DNA of 64,000 bases from Candidatus Latescibacterota bacterium (lineage in GTDB: Bacteria; Latescibacterota; UBA2968; UBA8231). How positions within the stretch are numbered: position 1 is the stretch's first letter; every line of letters starts with the position of its first letter. Shown one piece after another: positions 30,094 to 40,129 of the stretch. The DNA is taken from contig OZ241889.1 of the NCBI GenBank assembly GCA_965203355.1, positions 672,001 through 736,000 on the forward strand, written 5' to 3'. Position numbers and translations under genes: made by a program. The notes beneath the pieces were generated by a model. The model saw only the letters and a program-made list of their open reading frames with translations, made no database searches and was not told the origin of the DNA.

Positions 30094-30127
30094 ATTTTTA
30101 GCCTTTACGCCAAATCCTTAATACGCC

Positions 30128-31243
30128 ATGCACATTTGTATGGTCGCCTTCACCGACCTTAATTTCGACTACCGCATCTACCGAGAGGCTACCTCGCTGC
30201 GTCGCGCCGGTCACCAAGTCGTTATTGTCACCTCCTCTTTCAACTCAGCCCCTCTCAAGGGATGGGACGATTTTGAAATCTACCCAATTCCGCTAGACCG
30301 GAGCCACTCGCTGCGTCGCCTCTATCCTTTGTTTTGGCAACGGGCCTACTCTCTTCTCGTCGAGGCCCAGCCGGACGCCTATCACGCCCACGACTTAGAT
30401 TCGCTCTGGCCAGCAGTGCGAGCTGCCCAGCGACTAGCTCGGCCCCTCGTCTATGACGCACATGAATTTTGGACCGAGCAGTCTTCACTGGTCAGCCGAC
30501 CGCTGATGCGGTCCTGCTGGCGTTTGCTGGAGCAGCGGCTGATAAGACGGGTAGATCGCGTCATAACTGTCAGCGGGTCTATCGCCCAATCGCTCATGGA
30601 GCGTTACTGCCTTGACGAGGTCGTCGTTCTGCGCAACTTGCCGCTATTCCGCGATAAGGTCCAAAGCAACCTGATACGCGAAACGCTGGACTTGCCCGAC
30701 GATCTCCCCGTTGTTCTCTACCAAGGAGGATTTCTCACCGAAAACGGCTTGCGCGAGCAAATTGAGGTCGCCGAGGGGCTTGCCGCCGCCCTAGTTCTCA
30801 TTGGGGATGGGCCAAGTGAACAGGCTCTGCGGAACCAAGTTCACGCTACGGGCTTAGAGGACCGGGTCTATTTTATTCCTCGGGTGCCCTTCTACCAACT
30901 TCACAATTACACTTGCTCGGCCGACTTGGGGCTGTGTCTGATCAAAGGCACGGGCAAGAGCTTCTACTACTCTCTGCCCAACAAGCTTTTCGAATACATG
31001 ATGGCCGGGCTACCGGTCTTAGCCAGCAACTTTCCTGAAATGGAGCGCATCGTCCGCGAAACGCATACCGGAGCCACGGTCGATCCAACCAATATAGCAG
31101 CCATTCGAGAGCAAATAGCCGCTTTTTTGGACAGTGCAGCGAAGCGAGAGGAGTGCGCCAAAGCGAGCTTGCAGGCGGCACGACACTATAACTGGGAACG
31201 AGAAGCCGCTCAACTCATCCAGCTTTACGAAACCTTAGCATGA
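30128..31243 (+). CDS. Glycosyltransferase family 4
   Basis: HAHDLD, LVYDAHE, LPNKLFEYMMAGLPV, YNWE. Confidence 0.9.
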   Translation: MHICMVAFTDLNFDYRIYREATSLRRAGHQVVIVTSSFNSAPLKGWDDFEIYPIPLDRSHSLRRLYPLFWQRAYSLLVEAQPDAYHAHDLDSLWPAVRAAQRLARPLVYDAHEFWTEQSSLVSRPLMRSCWRLLEQRLIRRVDRVITVSGSIAQSLMERYCLDEVVVLRNLPLFRDKVQSNLIRETLDLPDDLPVVLYQGGFLTENGLREQIEVAEGLAAALVLIGDGPSEQALRNQVHATGLEDRVYFIPRVPFYQLHNYTCSADLGLCLIKGTGKSFYYSLPNKLFEYMMAGLPVLASNFPEMERIVRETHTGATVDPTNIAAIREQIAAFLDSAAKREECAKASLQAARHYNWEREAAQLIQLYETLA

Positions 31244-32169
31244 ATGCCCCGCTGACGCTTAGCGTCGTAATACCTACTTATGACGAGCCTGAGCGCCTCG
31301 AAGCAGCACTCAAGAGCCTGTCGCAGCAGGATTACCCCCACGAAGCGACCCAAATTATCGTAGTGGACGATGCCTCCCCCCATTTGGACGCCGAGCGGCT
31401 ACATGCGGCGGGCGCGCCTCTACAGTTGCAGCTACTCCGCAACGAACAGAATCAGGGACGCGCTCGGGCGCGCAACACAGCCCTGCGGGTCGCCAGCGGC
31501 GATATCGTCGTCTTTCTCGACAGCGATATGACCGTCGGTGCCAATTTTCTCCGCGCCCATGCCCAACGGCATCAAAACCACGCGGAAGCCGTTTTTGTCG
31601 GCAACATCCGCTTCGCCCGTGAGATTCCCGCTACATCCCTGACTCGCTATCTCGAAGAGAGAGGGGTCCATCGGGTTGATGCGGATAAGACCATACCTTT
31701 CAAGTGCTTCGTCACTGGCAACTCCTCGGTGCGTCGGTCTTCCCTGATCCGCGTAGGGTTTTTCGACGAGGACCTCACGGCTTATGGCGGCGAAGATCTA
31801 GAATTAGGGTATCGCCTACACTTGGCCGGTATTCCGCTTTACTATGCCCCTGAAGCTCTGTCGCACCACAATCACTTGCGTTCGTTGGAGCCGCTCTGCC
31901 ACCTAATGCAGATCTACGGCAGCAAGTCAATCCCGGTCCTCTTAAAAAAGCATCCCGAGCTTGACGCCGTACTCCGGTTGGACTTTATCAGAGCCGCTGC
32001 TTTTTCTCCGCGACGGCTCGCGCTCCAGCTAGCCTTGTTGTCGCCGATTCACTACCCAATTCGCTGGGTGACCCGCTGGCTTGTGAAAACTTATGTCCCG
32101 GATCTGTTTTTTAATTATTTATTTTGGTCTAGCCGCACACGGGGTTACATGTGCGCTCTAAACGAATGA
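31240..32169 (+). CDS. Glycosyltransferase family 2
   Basis: SVVIPTY, IIVVDDAS, ARN, FLDSD, FDE...GGEDLELGYRL. Confidence 0.9.
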   Translation: MNAPLTLSVVIPTYDEPERLEAALKSLSQQDYPHEATQIIVVDDASPHLDAERLHAAGAPLQLQLLRNEQNQGRARARNTALRVASGDIVVFLDSDMTVGANFLRAHAQRHQNHAEAVFVGNIRFAREIPATSLTRYLEERGVHRVDADKTIPFKCFVTGNSSVRRSSLIRVGFFDEDLTAYGGEDLELGYRLHLAGIPLYYAPEALSHHNHLRSLEPLCHLMQIYGSKSIPVLLKKHPELDAVLRLDFIRAAAFSPRRLALQLALLSPIHYPIRWVTRWLVKTYVPDLFFNYLFWSSRTRGYMCALNE

Positions 32170-33005
32170 AAAACAACGACATGCACACACACTATCCCCG
32201 CTTCTCCCAAGTTCTCCGCGTAGTGCTACCTGCGCTCCTGCTGGCCCACTTCATAGTTTGGCCCATCGTCGGCCTTTTATCCCTACATGCTGGTATTATT
32301 GCCGCCGAATGTACCCTTTTGTGGTTTGTTGTTCTTTATATTCGCCGTCATCGCTTAATTGCCGAAGATCTACTTCTGTTCAACGCCACACCGGCTGCGA
32401 CCCTGTTGCTGACAATCCCGGTGACTATTTGCTGTAGCCTCGCAATCGCCGAACTCGACTTGTATCTGGCCTATCTTCTCGGCCTGATAGACCTGTCCAC
32501 GCCGCTGTCTTTTCAGAAAAACCTGTTAGAGATTCAGATTGTCCGCGAATGGGTGGAGATCCCAAAGGGACTGGTAACGCTAGTGCTAGTACCTGTGTTT
32601 TGCGAAGATCCCCTCTTCCGCGGACTTATATTCACGAGTCTGTGCGCCCATTATGGGCCGCGCTGGGCACTTGGCGGTTCGGCCTTGCTGTTTGCCATTT
32701 CTCACTTCAACCCTTGGCAAATGATCGCCCTCTTCCTCTTTGGGCTCTTCCTCGGCGCTTTAGTCTACTGGACTCACAGCATCTATCCTGCCATGCTCGC
32801 CCACGCGGTCAATAATTTGACTTCGATAATTGGGATCAACTTGCGCACTTACTTAGGGCTGGATGGCCTCGGTCCCTCCCAACACCTACCCATGCCTTTG
32901 GTCCTGCTCGTCGGCCTACTCCTGCTCGCCGGCCTCCTGCTTCTCAGCCGCCGCCCCGCCATTATGCCGCTGTTGACTAAGAGGGAATTCGCTTCGCCCG
33001 ATTGA
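32166..33005 (+). CDS. CPBP (Abi/CAAX) intramembrane metalloprotease family protein
   Basis: EDPLFRG, FAISH, AHAVNN motifs; ATGA overlap with the GT2 gene. Confidence 0.82.
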   Translation: MKNNDMHTHYPRFSQVLRVVLPALLLAHFIVWPIVGLLSLHAGIIAAECTLLWFVVLYIRRHRLIAEDLLLFNATPAATLLLTIPVTICCSLAIAELDLYLAYLLGLIDLSTPLSFQKNLLEIQIVREWVEIPKGLVTLVLVPVFCEDPLFRGLIFTSLCAHYGPRWALGGSALLFAISHFNPWQMIALFLFGLFLGALVYWTHSIYPAMLAHAVNNLTSIIGINLRTYLGLDGLGPSQHLPMPLVLLVGLLLLAGLLLLSRRPAIMPLLTKREFASPD

Positions 33006-33036
33006 TAGTTACGTAGAAAAACGTTCCCCAATTAAA

Positions 33037-33906
33037 TCAGCTCAGTACCTTCGCTACCGTTTCCCCAATTTCCGCCGGACTCTCGCAGATGTGAATCCCC
33101 GCTTCCCGCATCGCCGCCATCTTGTCCTCGGCCGTTCCCTTACCGCCTGAAATAATAGCACCTGCATGTCCCATCCGCCGCCCCGGCGGGGCCGTGCGCC
33201 CCGCGATAAAACCAATGACGGGCTTGTCGTAGCACTCTTTGATATAAGCGGCCGCTTCCTCTTCAGCCGTGCCGCCAATCTCGCCGATCATCACGACCGC
33301 ATCGGTCTCGGGGTCGTCCTTAAAGAGTGCCAGCGCGTCCACAAAACGCGTACCGATGATTGGGTCGCCGCCAATGCCGATGGCTGTGGACTGGCCTAGG
33401 CCCCGCTCAGTGAGCTGCCCCACGGCTTCATAAGTTAGCGTTCCGCTGCGCGAGATAATCCCCACGCGACCTGGCTGGTGAATAAAGTGGGGCATAATGC
33501 CGATCTTACACTTCCCAGGCGAGATGACGCCAGGGCAATTAGGCCCGATCAGCCGAGTAGATCGCACTTGGATATAATGATGGGCTTTAACCATGTCGCT
33601 CACGGGGATGTTCTCGGTGATACAGATGACTAGCGCTAGACCAGCATCGGCCGCTTCCATGATGGCGTCGGCGGCAAAGGGAGCTGGTACAAAGATGATT
33701 GAAGCATTGGCACCTGTGGATTCGACGCCTTCGGCGACCGTGTTAAACACCGGAACGCCTTCAAATTCTTGGCCACCTTTGCCAGGTGTTGCTCCTCCGA
33801 CCACTTTCGTGCCATATTCCAGCATTTGTCGCGTGTGAAACGATCCCTCCGCCCCCGTAATCGCCTGTACAAAGACCTTAGTGTTTTCGTCGATTAAAAT
33901 ACTCAT
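33037..33906 (-). CDS. sucD: Succinyl-CoA synthetase alpha subunit
   Basis: MSILID start after GAGGAA; [28 protein letters not shown]. Confidence 0.97.
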   Translation of the reverse strand: MSILIDENTKVFVQAITGAEGSFHTRQMLEYGTKVVGGATPGKGGQEFEGVPVFNTVAEGVESTGANASIIFVPAPFAADAIMEAADAGLALVICITENIPVSDMVKAHHYIQVRSTRLIGPNCPGVISPGKCKIGIMPHFIHQPGRVGIISRSGTLTYEAVGQLTERGLGQSTAIGIGGDPIIGTRFVDALALFKDDPETDAVVMIGEIGGTAEEEAAAYIKECYDKPVIGFIAGRTAPPGRRMGHAGAIISGGKGTAEDKMAAMREAGIHICESPAEIGETVAKVLS

Positions 33907-33919
33907 CCTTGTATTCCTC

Positions 33920-35077
33920 TTACTGAATAATCGCCTTGACCATCGCCGCTGCTTCTTGCAGCCCGTGCCCAACGGCAAAGTCCATGTCGGAGTTTTCCAG
34001 CATCTCGGCAGCCACATCTGCGTTGGTCCCAGCCAGCCGCACGACGATCGGTACGCTGACTTCAATGTTTTTGCGCGCCTCAATCACGCCAGCGGCCACG
34101 CGGTCGCAGCGCACAATGCCACCGAAAATGTTGATGAGAATGGCCTTTACATTCGGGTCGGAGAGCAAAATGCGGAAGCCATTTTCCACGGTTTCAGCAC
34201 TGGCCCCCCCGCCTACGTCCAAGAAATTGGCCGGCTCAGCACCAGACAGCTTGATGATGTCCATGGTGGCCATCGCCAGCCCAGCACCGTTGACCATGCA
34301 ACCGATATTTCCGTCGAGCTTGATGTAGTTTAGATCGTATTTAGCCGCTTCGACTTCTAGCTCTTCCTCTTCATCCAGATCGCGCATTGCCGCTAAGTCA
34401 GGGTGGCGGAAGAGTGCGTTGTCGTCCAAGTCTATTTTGGCATCCAGTGCCAAAAGCCGCCCATCGGCGGTCGCCACTAAAGGATTGACCTCGACCAGTG
34501 AGCAGTCGGCATCGACATAGGCTCTGTAGAGGCTAAGGATAAAACTGGCTGCTTGGCGAACCTGCTTGCCCTCAAAGCCAAGCCCAAATGCTAGGCGCGT
34601 CGCTTGGAATGCCTGTAGCCCCACTGCGGGATCGACCGTCTCCTTGAGAATCTTTTCTGGGGCCGCCGCAGCCACCTCCTCGATCGCAACGCCGCCCTCT
34701 TGGCTGACCATGACCACTGGCTTGCACTGGGCCCGGTCGAGCGTGATGCCCAGATAAAACTCGCGTTCTATATCCGAGGCCTGCTCTACGAGGACTTGCT
34801 TGACCTTTTGGCCTTCCGGGCCGGTCTGGTGCGTAACGAGCTGCATACCGAGAATCTCGCTGGCCGCTTGGCGAACCTCTGCGGGATTAGCGGCCAGTTT
34901 GACACCTCCGCCCTTGCCGCGACCTCCAGCGTGGATTTGGGCCTTAACTACGACCTTTCCACCCAATTCATCAGCCGCGTGTGCGGCTTGGTCAGCCGTG
35001 GTGGCCACGTTGCCACTCGGTACGGCGACCTGATACTGGCGCAAAATTTCTTTGGCTTGATATTCGTGAATTTTCAT
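33920..35077 (-). CDS. sucC: Succinyl-CoA synthetase beta subunit
   Basis: [37 protein letters not shown]. Confidence 0.98.
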   Translation of the reverse strand: MKIHEYQAKEILRQYQVAVPSGNVATTADQAAHAADELGGKVVVKAQIHAGGRGKGGGVKLAANPAEVRQAASEILGMQLVTHQTGPEGQKVKQVLVEQASDIEREFYLGITLDRAQCKPVVMVSQEGGVAIEEVAAAAPEKILKETVDPAVGLQAFQATRLAFGLGFEGKQVRQAASFILSLYRAYVDADCSLVEVNPLVATADGRLLALDAKIDLDDNALFRHPDLAAMRDLDEEEELEVEAAKYDLNYIKLDGNIGCMVNGAGLAMATMDIIKLSGAEPANFLDVGGGASAETVENGFRILLSDPNVKAILINIFGGIVRCDRVAAGVIEARKNIEVSVPIVVRLAGTNADVAAEMLENSDMDFAVGHGLQEAAAMVKAIIQ

Positions 35078-35246
35078 GAGTGTTATCTATCTATTAGGTG
35101 AAATGAACGCAAAAGAGTATAAAAACCTTCCCCTACCAGCAAGGCGATCCCAAAAGCGGCCAACGCAAGTACCAAACGAGGGCTGTTGATCCTTGAGAAA
35201 GCCCCGTACTATTCAGGTACATCCAAAAACTTCGAGGAGATAGCCC

Positions 35247-35435
35247 GTGAAAATCTTGTTAGTCGGCGGGGCCGGTCACGTCGGCACCTGTACTACTCCC
35301 TACCTTTGCACAGGTCATGGCCGCTGCGACACCTTCTTCATATCGGGCGACGCCGACCACCGTGAGATGAACATGTCCAAAGCACGAACTGTCTTGGGCT
35401 GGGAGCCTAAGTCGCACCTGATGCTGGAGGAGTGA
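35247..35435 (+). pseudogene. Remnant of an NAD-dependent epimerase/dehydratase (in-frame internal deletion)
   Basis: N-terminal MKILLVGGAGHVG Rossmann motif joined within 62 aa to the C-terminal SKARTVLGWEPK motif; GAGGAG RBS retained. Confidence 0.7.
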
Positions 35436-35441
35436 AAGACC

Positions 35442-35476
35442 AAAAAAAACAGGCCCGACCATTCTGGTGAGCCTGT
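35442..35476 (-). terminator. Rho-independent terminator of rplU-rpmA
   Basis: ACAGGC...GCCTGT hairpin with an A-tract on its left (U-tract on the minus strand). Confidence 0.7.
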
Positions 35477-35505
35477 CCCAATTCTATGGATCAGTAACGC
35501 ATTTC

Positions 35506-35760
35506 TTAGGCAGCGTAAACGCTCACCCGCTTGCCCTTCCCGCCAAAGGACTCAAACTTCACTTGCCCGTCAATGGTGGCGAAGAGTGTGTCATCTCCGC
35601 CCTTCTTGACGTTGACGCCCGGATGAATGCGCGTCCCGCGCTGCCGCACGATAATCGTGCCGGCACTGACCTTCTCTCCGCCGAAGCGCTTAACGCCTAG
35701 ACGCTGTGCATTGCTATCGCGCCCGTTTTTAGAGCTGCCGACCCCCTTTTTATGAGCCAT
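35506..35760 (-). CDS. rpmA: 50S ribosomal protein L27
   Basis: [16 protein letters not shown]...IIVRQRGT. Confidence 0.98.
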   Translation of the reverse strand: MAHKKGVGSSKNGRDSNAQRLGVKRFGGEKVSAGTIIVRQRGTRIHPGVNVKKGGDDTLFATIDGQVKFESFGGKGKRVSVYAA

Positions 35761-35780
35761 ACTACCTAGTCCTTTCGCAC

Positions 35781-36098
35781 TCAGTTAGGAAGAACGATGT
35801 CCTCGACCCGAATCTCAGTGTAATCTTGGCGGTGGCCGGTGCGCCGCCGATATTTCTTGCGCCGTTTCTTCTTGAAAACGACAATTTTGTCGCCGCGACC
35901 GTGGCCGACGACCGTCGCCGAAACACTGGCTCCCTCGACCATGGGACTGCCAACCCTAGTTTCGTCGCCGCCGGAAACTAGCAGGACATCGGTAAATTCC
36001 TGGGTACTACCTTCTTCGGCCTGAAGCCGGGGTACGCGCAGACACAGACCCTTATCGACTTTGACCTGATGGCCGGCGATACTGACAACTGCATACAT
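35781..36098 (-). CDS. rplU: 50S ribosomal protein L21
   Basis: MYAVV..AGHQVKV...[16 protein letters not shown]; start could be 36107. Confidence 0.97.
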   Translation of the reverse strand: MYAVVSIAGHQVKVDKGLCLRVPRLQAEEGSTQEFTDVLLVSGGDETRVGSPMVEGASVSATVVGHGRGDKIVVFKKKRRKKYRRRTGHRQDYTEIRVEDIVLPN

Positions 36099-36174
36099 GA
36101 ATTGCACTCCTAGGCTAAGACTAACTCGCAGTCAACCAAGAAAATTCTAAAGATATGGGTCGGAATTTTTTCTG

Positions 36175-37698
36175 TCAAACTCGAAACTCAGCCGTCACAT
36201 CTAGGCTACGTTTGGTTGAGAAGAAGCGATAGTCCTGGGGGGCCAACGTGGAATCGGTTTCTATTTGAAGGCGCGCTTTGGTCGCCTTGCGCAATGATCT
36301 GAGCCGTTCTTCGCGGTTTTCTAGCATATAGGTGGCCACCTCGGGATGGACCTTTAACACGTAGCGTCTTTCGCGAGTGGCTGCATAGGAACGCTGAAGC
36401 CACCGTTCAATCCAAGTCAGGGTGGTATCTGGCCCCATAATCCGGCCCGTGCCGCTGCAAACCGGACAAGGTTCACTATGAGTGTGCAAAAGGTTTGGCC
36501 GGACGCGCTGGCGCGTCATTTCGACCAAACCAAACTCGCTGATATTCGGGCTGATGGAGACCTTCGCCCGATCCCTTTTAAATTCCTCGACTAAGCAGTC
36601 AACGACCTTTTTGCGGTTGCGCTCCTCGTTCATATCGATAAAGTCTATGACGATAATACCGCCAATGTCGCGGAGCTTGAGCTGACGGGCAATCTCACGA
36701 GCGGCCCCCAGATTGGTATTGAGATTGTTTTCCTCCTGATCGTCGGAGCCGAGGTAACGGGCTGAATTCACGTCGATGAAGGTCCCCGCCTCAGCGTAGT
36801 CGATGACCAAGGCTCCGCCGCGGCGCAACCACACGGTGCGATTGGTCGCCTTCTCGATATCTTCCTCAATATTGAAAGCATCGAAAATGGGCCGATGGTC
36901 CCGGTAAAATTCAACCCGTTGGCGCAATTCAGGTGAAACTTGGCGCAAATAAGCGGTGATCTCCTTGTACAACTCTTTGCTATCGACGACCAGCCGTTCC
37001 ACACTGTCGGTAAAGAGGTCGCGTATTACGCTGGAGGTCATGCCCATTTCCTTGTACACTAGGGCAGGTGCTTCGACCTTCCTGCTCGCCTTGATCAGAC
37101 GCCCGTAGTTCCTCACTAGCTGCTTCATATCGCGTTTGAACTCGCGCTCACTATGCCCCTGCCCTTCGGTGCGCACGATTACCGAGTAGCCCTCAGGTTT
37201 GATCTTAAATACCAGATCTCTCAGTCTTTTGCGTTCGTTCCGACTGGTGATCTTGTGGGAGACACCAACCCAGTTGCCTCGCGGGACCAACACCATAAAA
37301 CGACCCGGCAGCGACAGTTGAGTAGTCACACGGGCCCCTTTGGTGCCGATACGCTCTTTGGTGATTTGCACCAGCACCTGTTCGCCCTTCTTGATCAGGT
37401 TTTGAATGCTAGGATAACCGCGATGGCGCGGGCGGTGCCCGTTGCGCGTCCCATCGGTATCGTCTCTATCCGCTGCCATCATATCGTGCACTTTGAGAAA
37501 CGTGGTGCGGTCATGGCCTACCTCGACAAAGGCGGCCTGTAACCCGGGCAAAACGGCCGTTACAATCCCTTTGTATATATCCCCTACTGTCCGCTCATTT
37601 TCGGGTCTTTCGATCCAAACTTCAGCTAGACGCCCACCTTCCAAGATGGCAATACGGGATTCGTGAATGCCTTGGTTGATAAAAATTTCTGTTTGCAC
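36175..37698 (-). CDS. rng: Ribonuclease G/E family endoribonuclease (catalytic domain only)
   Basis: VLPGLQAAFV, KGARVT..LSLPGR, IDVNS, LRDIGGIIVIDFIDM, CPVCSGTG Zn-link. Confidence 0.93.
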   Translation of the reverse strand: MQTEIFINQGIHESRIAILEGGRLAEVWIERPENERTVGDIYKGIVTAVLPGLQAAFVEVGHDRTTFLKVHDMMAADRDDTDGTRNGHRPRHRGYPSIQNLIKKGEQVLVQITKERIGTKGARVTTQLSLPGRFMVLVPRGNWVGVSHKITSRNERKRLRDLVFKIKPEGYSVIVRTEGQGHSEREFKRDMKQLVRNYGRLIKASRKVEAPALVYKEMGMTSSVIRDLFTDSVERLVVDSKELYKEITAYLRQVSPELRQRVEFYRDHRPIFDAFNIEEDIEKATNRTVWLRRGGALVIDYAEAGTFIDVNSARYLGSDDQEENNLNTNLGAAREIARQLKLRDIGGIIVIDFIDMNEERNRKKVVDCLVEEFKRDRAKVSISPNISEFGLVEMTRQRVRPNLLHTHSEPCPVCSGTGRIMGPDTTLTWIERWLQRSYAATRERRYVLKVHPEVATYMLENREERLRSLRKATKARLQIETDSTLAPQDYRFFSTKRSLDVTAEFRV

Positions 37699-37784
37699 GA
37701 TCTGTCCTCACGCTTAGTAGTGATAATATTATTTATTACGTCTATTGATCTCAACATCCCCCAAAAAATGCCCCCAGCACGAAA

Positions 37785-37817
37785 ATTATCACTGCTATTA
37801 TCACTGCTATTATCATT
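37785..37817. repeat. 12-bp tandem repeat (ATTATCACTGCT)x2 plus a partial third copy, in the rng leader
   Basis: Seen directly; inverted near-copy AGTAGTGATAATA at about 37716-37728. Confidence 0.85.
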
Positions 37818-37861
37818 ACGTCTTCGGAAATCGCTCTTCACTTTTTTAATAGGATGCGTGA

Positions 37862-37891
37862 AATATAATACGACGTAAAAGCAGGTGTCAA
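37862..37891 (-). promoter_or_regulatory. Putative sigma70 promoter of rng
   Basis: TTGACA-N18-TATATT on the minus strand. Confidence 0.55.
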
Positions 37892-37905
37892 CCAGCTAGC
37901 GCCTC

Positions 37906-38067
37906 TTACCCCTCCGGCAAATCATCCTCTTTGTCTTTCAGCTTCAACTCGAGTTCTGCGAGCTGGCGACCCAGTTCCCCAGTGCGCCGATTTAGATGCG
38001 CCAAATAGGCAAAAAGCACGATCCACACGGCCGCGAAGGCAGCAAATAAGTAGTGGAGATTGTCCAT
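37906..38067 (-). CDS. ccmD: Heme exporter protein CcmD (not in the ORF track)
   Basis: MDNLHYLFAAFAAVWIVLFAYLAHLNRR... 53 aa; one TM plus charged tail; directly after ccmC with GAGG RBS. Confidence 0.85.
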   Translation of the reverse strand: MDNLHYLFAAFAAVWIVLFAYLAHLNRRTGELGRQLAELELKLKDKEDDLPEG

Positions 38068-38073
38068 AGCCTC

Positions 38074-38745
38074 TTACGTTTCGTTCGTTAGTTTTTGCCG
38101 CAGGAGTGCCACGGCTCTTTCAATGCGGGCTAGCTCCATGCGTTGCGCTATGAGGCGAAAGAGCAGCAAGAAAAAAGCCGCGTAGCAGATCCACTTGGTG
38201 TATTGCATCGTCGGCTCAAGTTCTACGTTGCGCGGCGGATGTAGCTGTTGGTCGGCAGCCCACAGATCGACAGCATAGTACACCAAAGGAACGTTGGCGA
38301 AGGCGAGAATGCCCAGTACAGCACTGATGCGTTGTACCGGAGTGGAGTTTGCCCCGTATCCCCGCACCATTAGGTAAGCCACGTAGATGGTGAAAGTAAT
38401 CAGCATGGAGGTCAGGCGCGGCTCCCAGCGCCAGTAAACCCCCCAGACGGGCTTGGCCCACAAAGGGCCCGTGATCAGTACGATCAACGCAAAGATCACG
38501 CCCAATTCGGCGGAGCATAGTGCTAGGCGATCCCACTTGTCCGCACGAGTGTACAGATACTGTACGCTGCCGACGAACACCAAAAAAAAGGCCAAAAACG
38601 AAGAAAACGCCGCCGGTACGTGAAAGTAGAAGATTCGCTGGACGATTCCCATTTCTTTTTCTGTGGGGACCCACAGAAAGATCGCGCCTAAGGCGACGAG
38701 CATGACCACGAAAATCAAACAGGAGAATGGGACTGAACGCATCAT
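38074..38745 (-). CDS. ccmC: Heme exporter CcmC
   Basis: RIFYFHVP, TGPLWAKPVWGVYWRWEPRLT (WWD motif), LHP. Confidence 0.93.
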   Translation of the reverse strand: MMRSVPFSCLIFVVMLVALGAIFLWVPTEKEMGIVQRIFYFHVPAAFSSFLAFFLVFVGSVQYLYTRADKWDRLALCSAELGVIFALIVLITGPLWAKPVWGVYWRWEPRLTSMLITFTIYVAYLMVRGYGANSTPVQRISAVLGILAFANVPLVYYAVDLWAADQQLHPPRNVELEPTMQYTKWICYAAFFLLLFRLIAQRMELARIERAVALLRQKLTNET

Positions 38746-39419
38746 TCCTCGATTGCGTATTCAAAAAGTATTAGCGATAGCACCGTGAAAACCACCGCGT
38801 ACACCCCCAACATTCGCAGGTGCGGGAAGAGCTTTTCGCAACAGTCATTGGCCAGCACTAGCCCGGTCGCCTCCACGCAGGAAATCAACGCCGGCAAGAT
38901 CATGGGCAAGAGCAAAAGGGGCAGCATCAACTCGCGCAAACGCATGTTGTTCGACAATGCCGCAAAGAGCGTACCCGTCGCCGCCATACAAGCTGATCCC
39001 AAAACGAAGACAGCCAGCAGGGGGAGCAAGAAAAAGCCTGGAGACAGGTTAAAAAAGAGCGCAAAAAAGGGCAAACTCAGAAGTTCGATTGCTAAAAGAA
39101 AAACAAAATTGCCCATCATTTTACCTAGGTAGATGGCACCGCGGTCCCCCGGTGCCAACAGCAGTGCGTCGAGCGCGTCGTTGTCGCGTTCATCAGTAAA
39201 AGAGCGGCCCAGACTTAGCAGACTGGCGAAGACATAGGACGACCACAGGGTGCCAGGCCCAATCTCGCGTAGAGCAGCCCCGCCTAAATCGAAGGAAAAG
39301 TTGAATACCAGCAACATCAACAGTATAAAGAAGATCATCGGACTGAGGCGTACCTTAGTGCGCCACTCGGCCTTCAGATCTTTGTTCAGTATCGCCAGCG
39401 TACGCCTGAAAAAGCTCAT
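38742..39419 (-). CDS. ccmB: Heme exporter CcmB
   Basis: KDLKAEWR, ERDNDALDALLLAP, IYLGK, LPLLLLP. Confidence 0.92.
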   Translation of the reverse strand: MSFFRRTLAILNKDLKAEWRTKVRLSPMIFFILLMLLVFNFSFDLGGAALREIGPGTLWSSYVFASLLSLGRSFTDERDNDALDALLLAPGDRGAIYLGKMMGNFVFLLAIELLSLPFFALFFNLSPGFFLLPLLAVFVLGSACMAATGTLFAALSNNMRLRELMLPLLLLPMILPALISCVEATGLVLANDCCEKLFPHLRMLGVYAVVFTVLSLILFEYAIEE

Positions 39420-40129
39420 GGGTTGGCGTCGAGATAGGGCGCGCAGAGCGGACGCAGTTGGTTAGAATCTTCCGTCAGGATTTGGTCCAAGCGCCATTGA
39501 CCGCGTTCGATCACCAGCAGGCGATCGACTAGGCCCTCGGCCTCGTCGAGCCGATGCGTTACCAAGACGCAGGTGCGCCCTTCCCGCCGAAAGCGGAGTA
39601 AGAGGCGGTGCAATGCAGCACTGGCACTCGAGTCGAGGCCAGTGAACGGCTCGTCGAGTAAGAGAATAGAGGGGTCATGCAGGATGGCCCGGGCAATAGC
39701 TAGACGCTGCTTCATACCGCGGGAGAACGAACCCACGCGCTGGTCGAGCCGCTCGTTCAAGTCAATAGCCGCTAAGGCCGCAGCGAGCCGTTTATCAGGG
39801 TTGTCCAAGTCATAGAGTTGGGCGAAGAAACTCAAGTTCTCTCTCGCCGTCAGTTCGTCGTAGAGCAAAGGTTGATGCGAGAGTAGACCGATATCCGCCC
39901 GCGCCTCGGTAATGCGTTGGGGATCGCGACCGTTGATTTTCACGCTCCCCGTCGAAGGTCGGCAGAGGCCGGCCACCAGCCGCAACAGGGTACTCTTGCC
40001 CGCACCGTTGGCTCCAGCAAGCAGCGCCGCTTGCCCACGCGGGACGACCAGATCGATGGGATGCAGGGCTGTGTGGGTGCCGAAGCGTTTAGCTGCGCCC
40101 GCTAGGACGATGGCATCGGCTCCACTCAT
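39416..40129 (-). CDS. ccmA: Heme ABC exporter ATPase CcmA
   Basis: GANGAGKST, FSRGMKQR, LLLDEPFTGLD; adjacent to ccmB. Confidence 0.9.
   Translation of the reverse strand: MSGADAIVLAGAAKRFGTHTALHPIDLVVPRGQAALLAGANGAGKSTLLRLVAGLCRPSTGSVKINGRDPQRITEARADIGLLSHQPLLYDELTARENLSFFAQLYDLDNPDKRLAAALAAIDLNERLDQRVGSFSRGMKQRLAIARAILHDPSILLLDEPFTGLDSSASAALHRLLLRFRREGRTCVLVTHRLDEAEGLVDRLLVIERGQWRLDQILTEDSNQLRPLCAPYLDANP

Noticed and set aside
29748-30101. Short ORFs (29770-29976, 29828-30013, 29883-30101) and the XRE extension to 29864
   Set aside because: No RBS or protein-like features; they overlap the promoter, operators, RNA structure and terminator.
32598-32625. CPBP motif ED..FR instead of EE..FR as a sign of inactivation
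   Set aside because: Conservative change with the other motifs intact; insufficient evidence.
33907-34083. 59-aa N-terminal extension of SucD in the ORF track
   Set aside because: It overlaps the sucC 3' end; the canonical MSILID start with an RBS is at 33906.
37626-37841. ORF with DNSSDNSSDN repeats as a leader peptide of rng
   Set aside because: It simply translates the 12-bp DNA repeat, has no clear RBS and overlaps rng out of frame.
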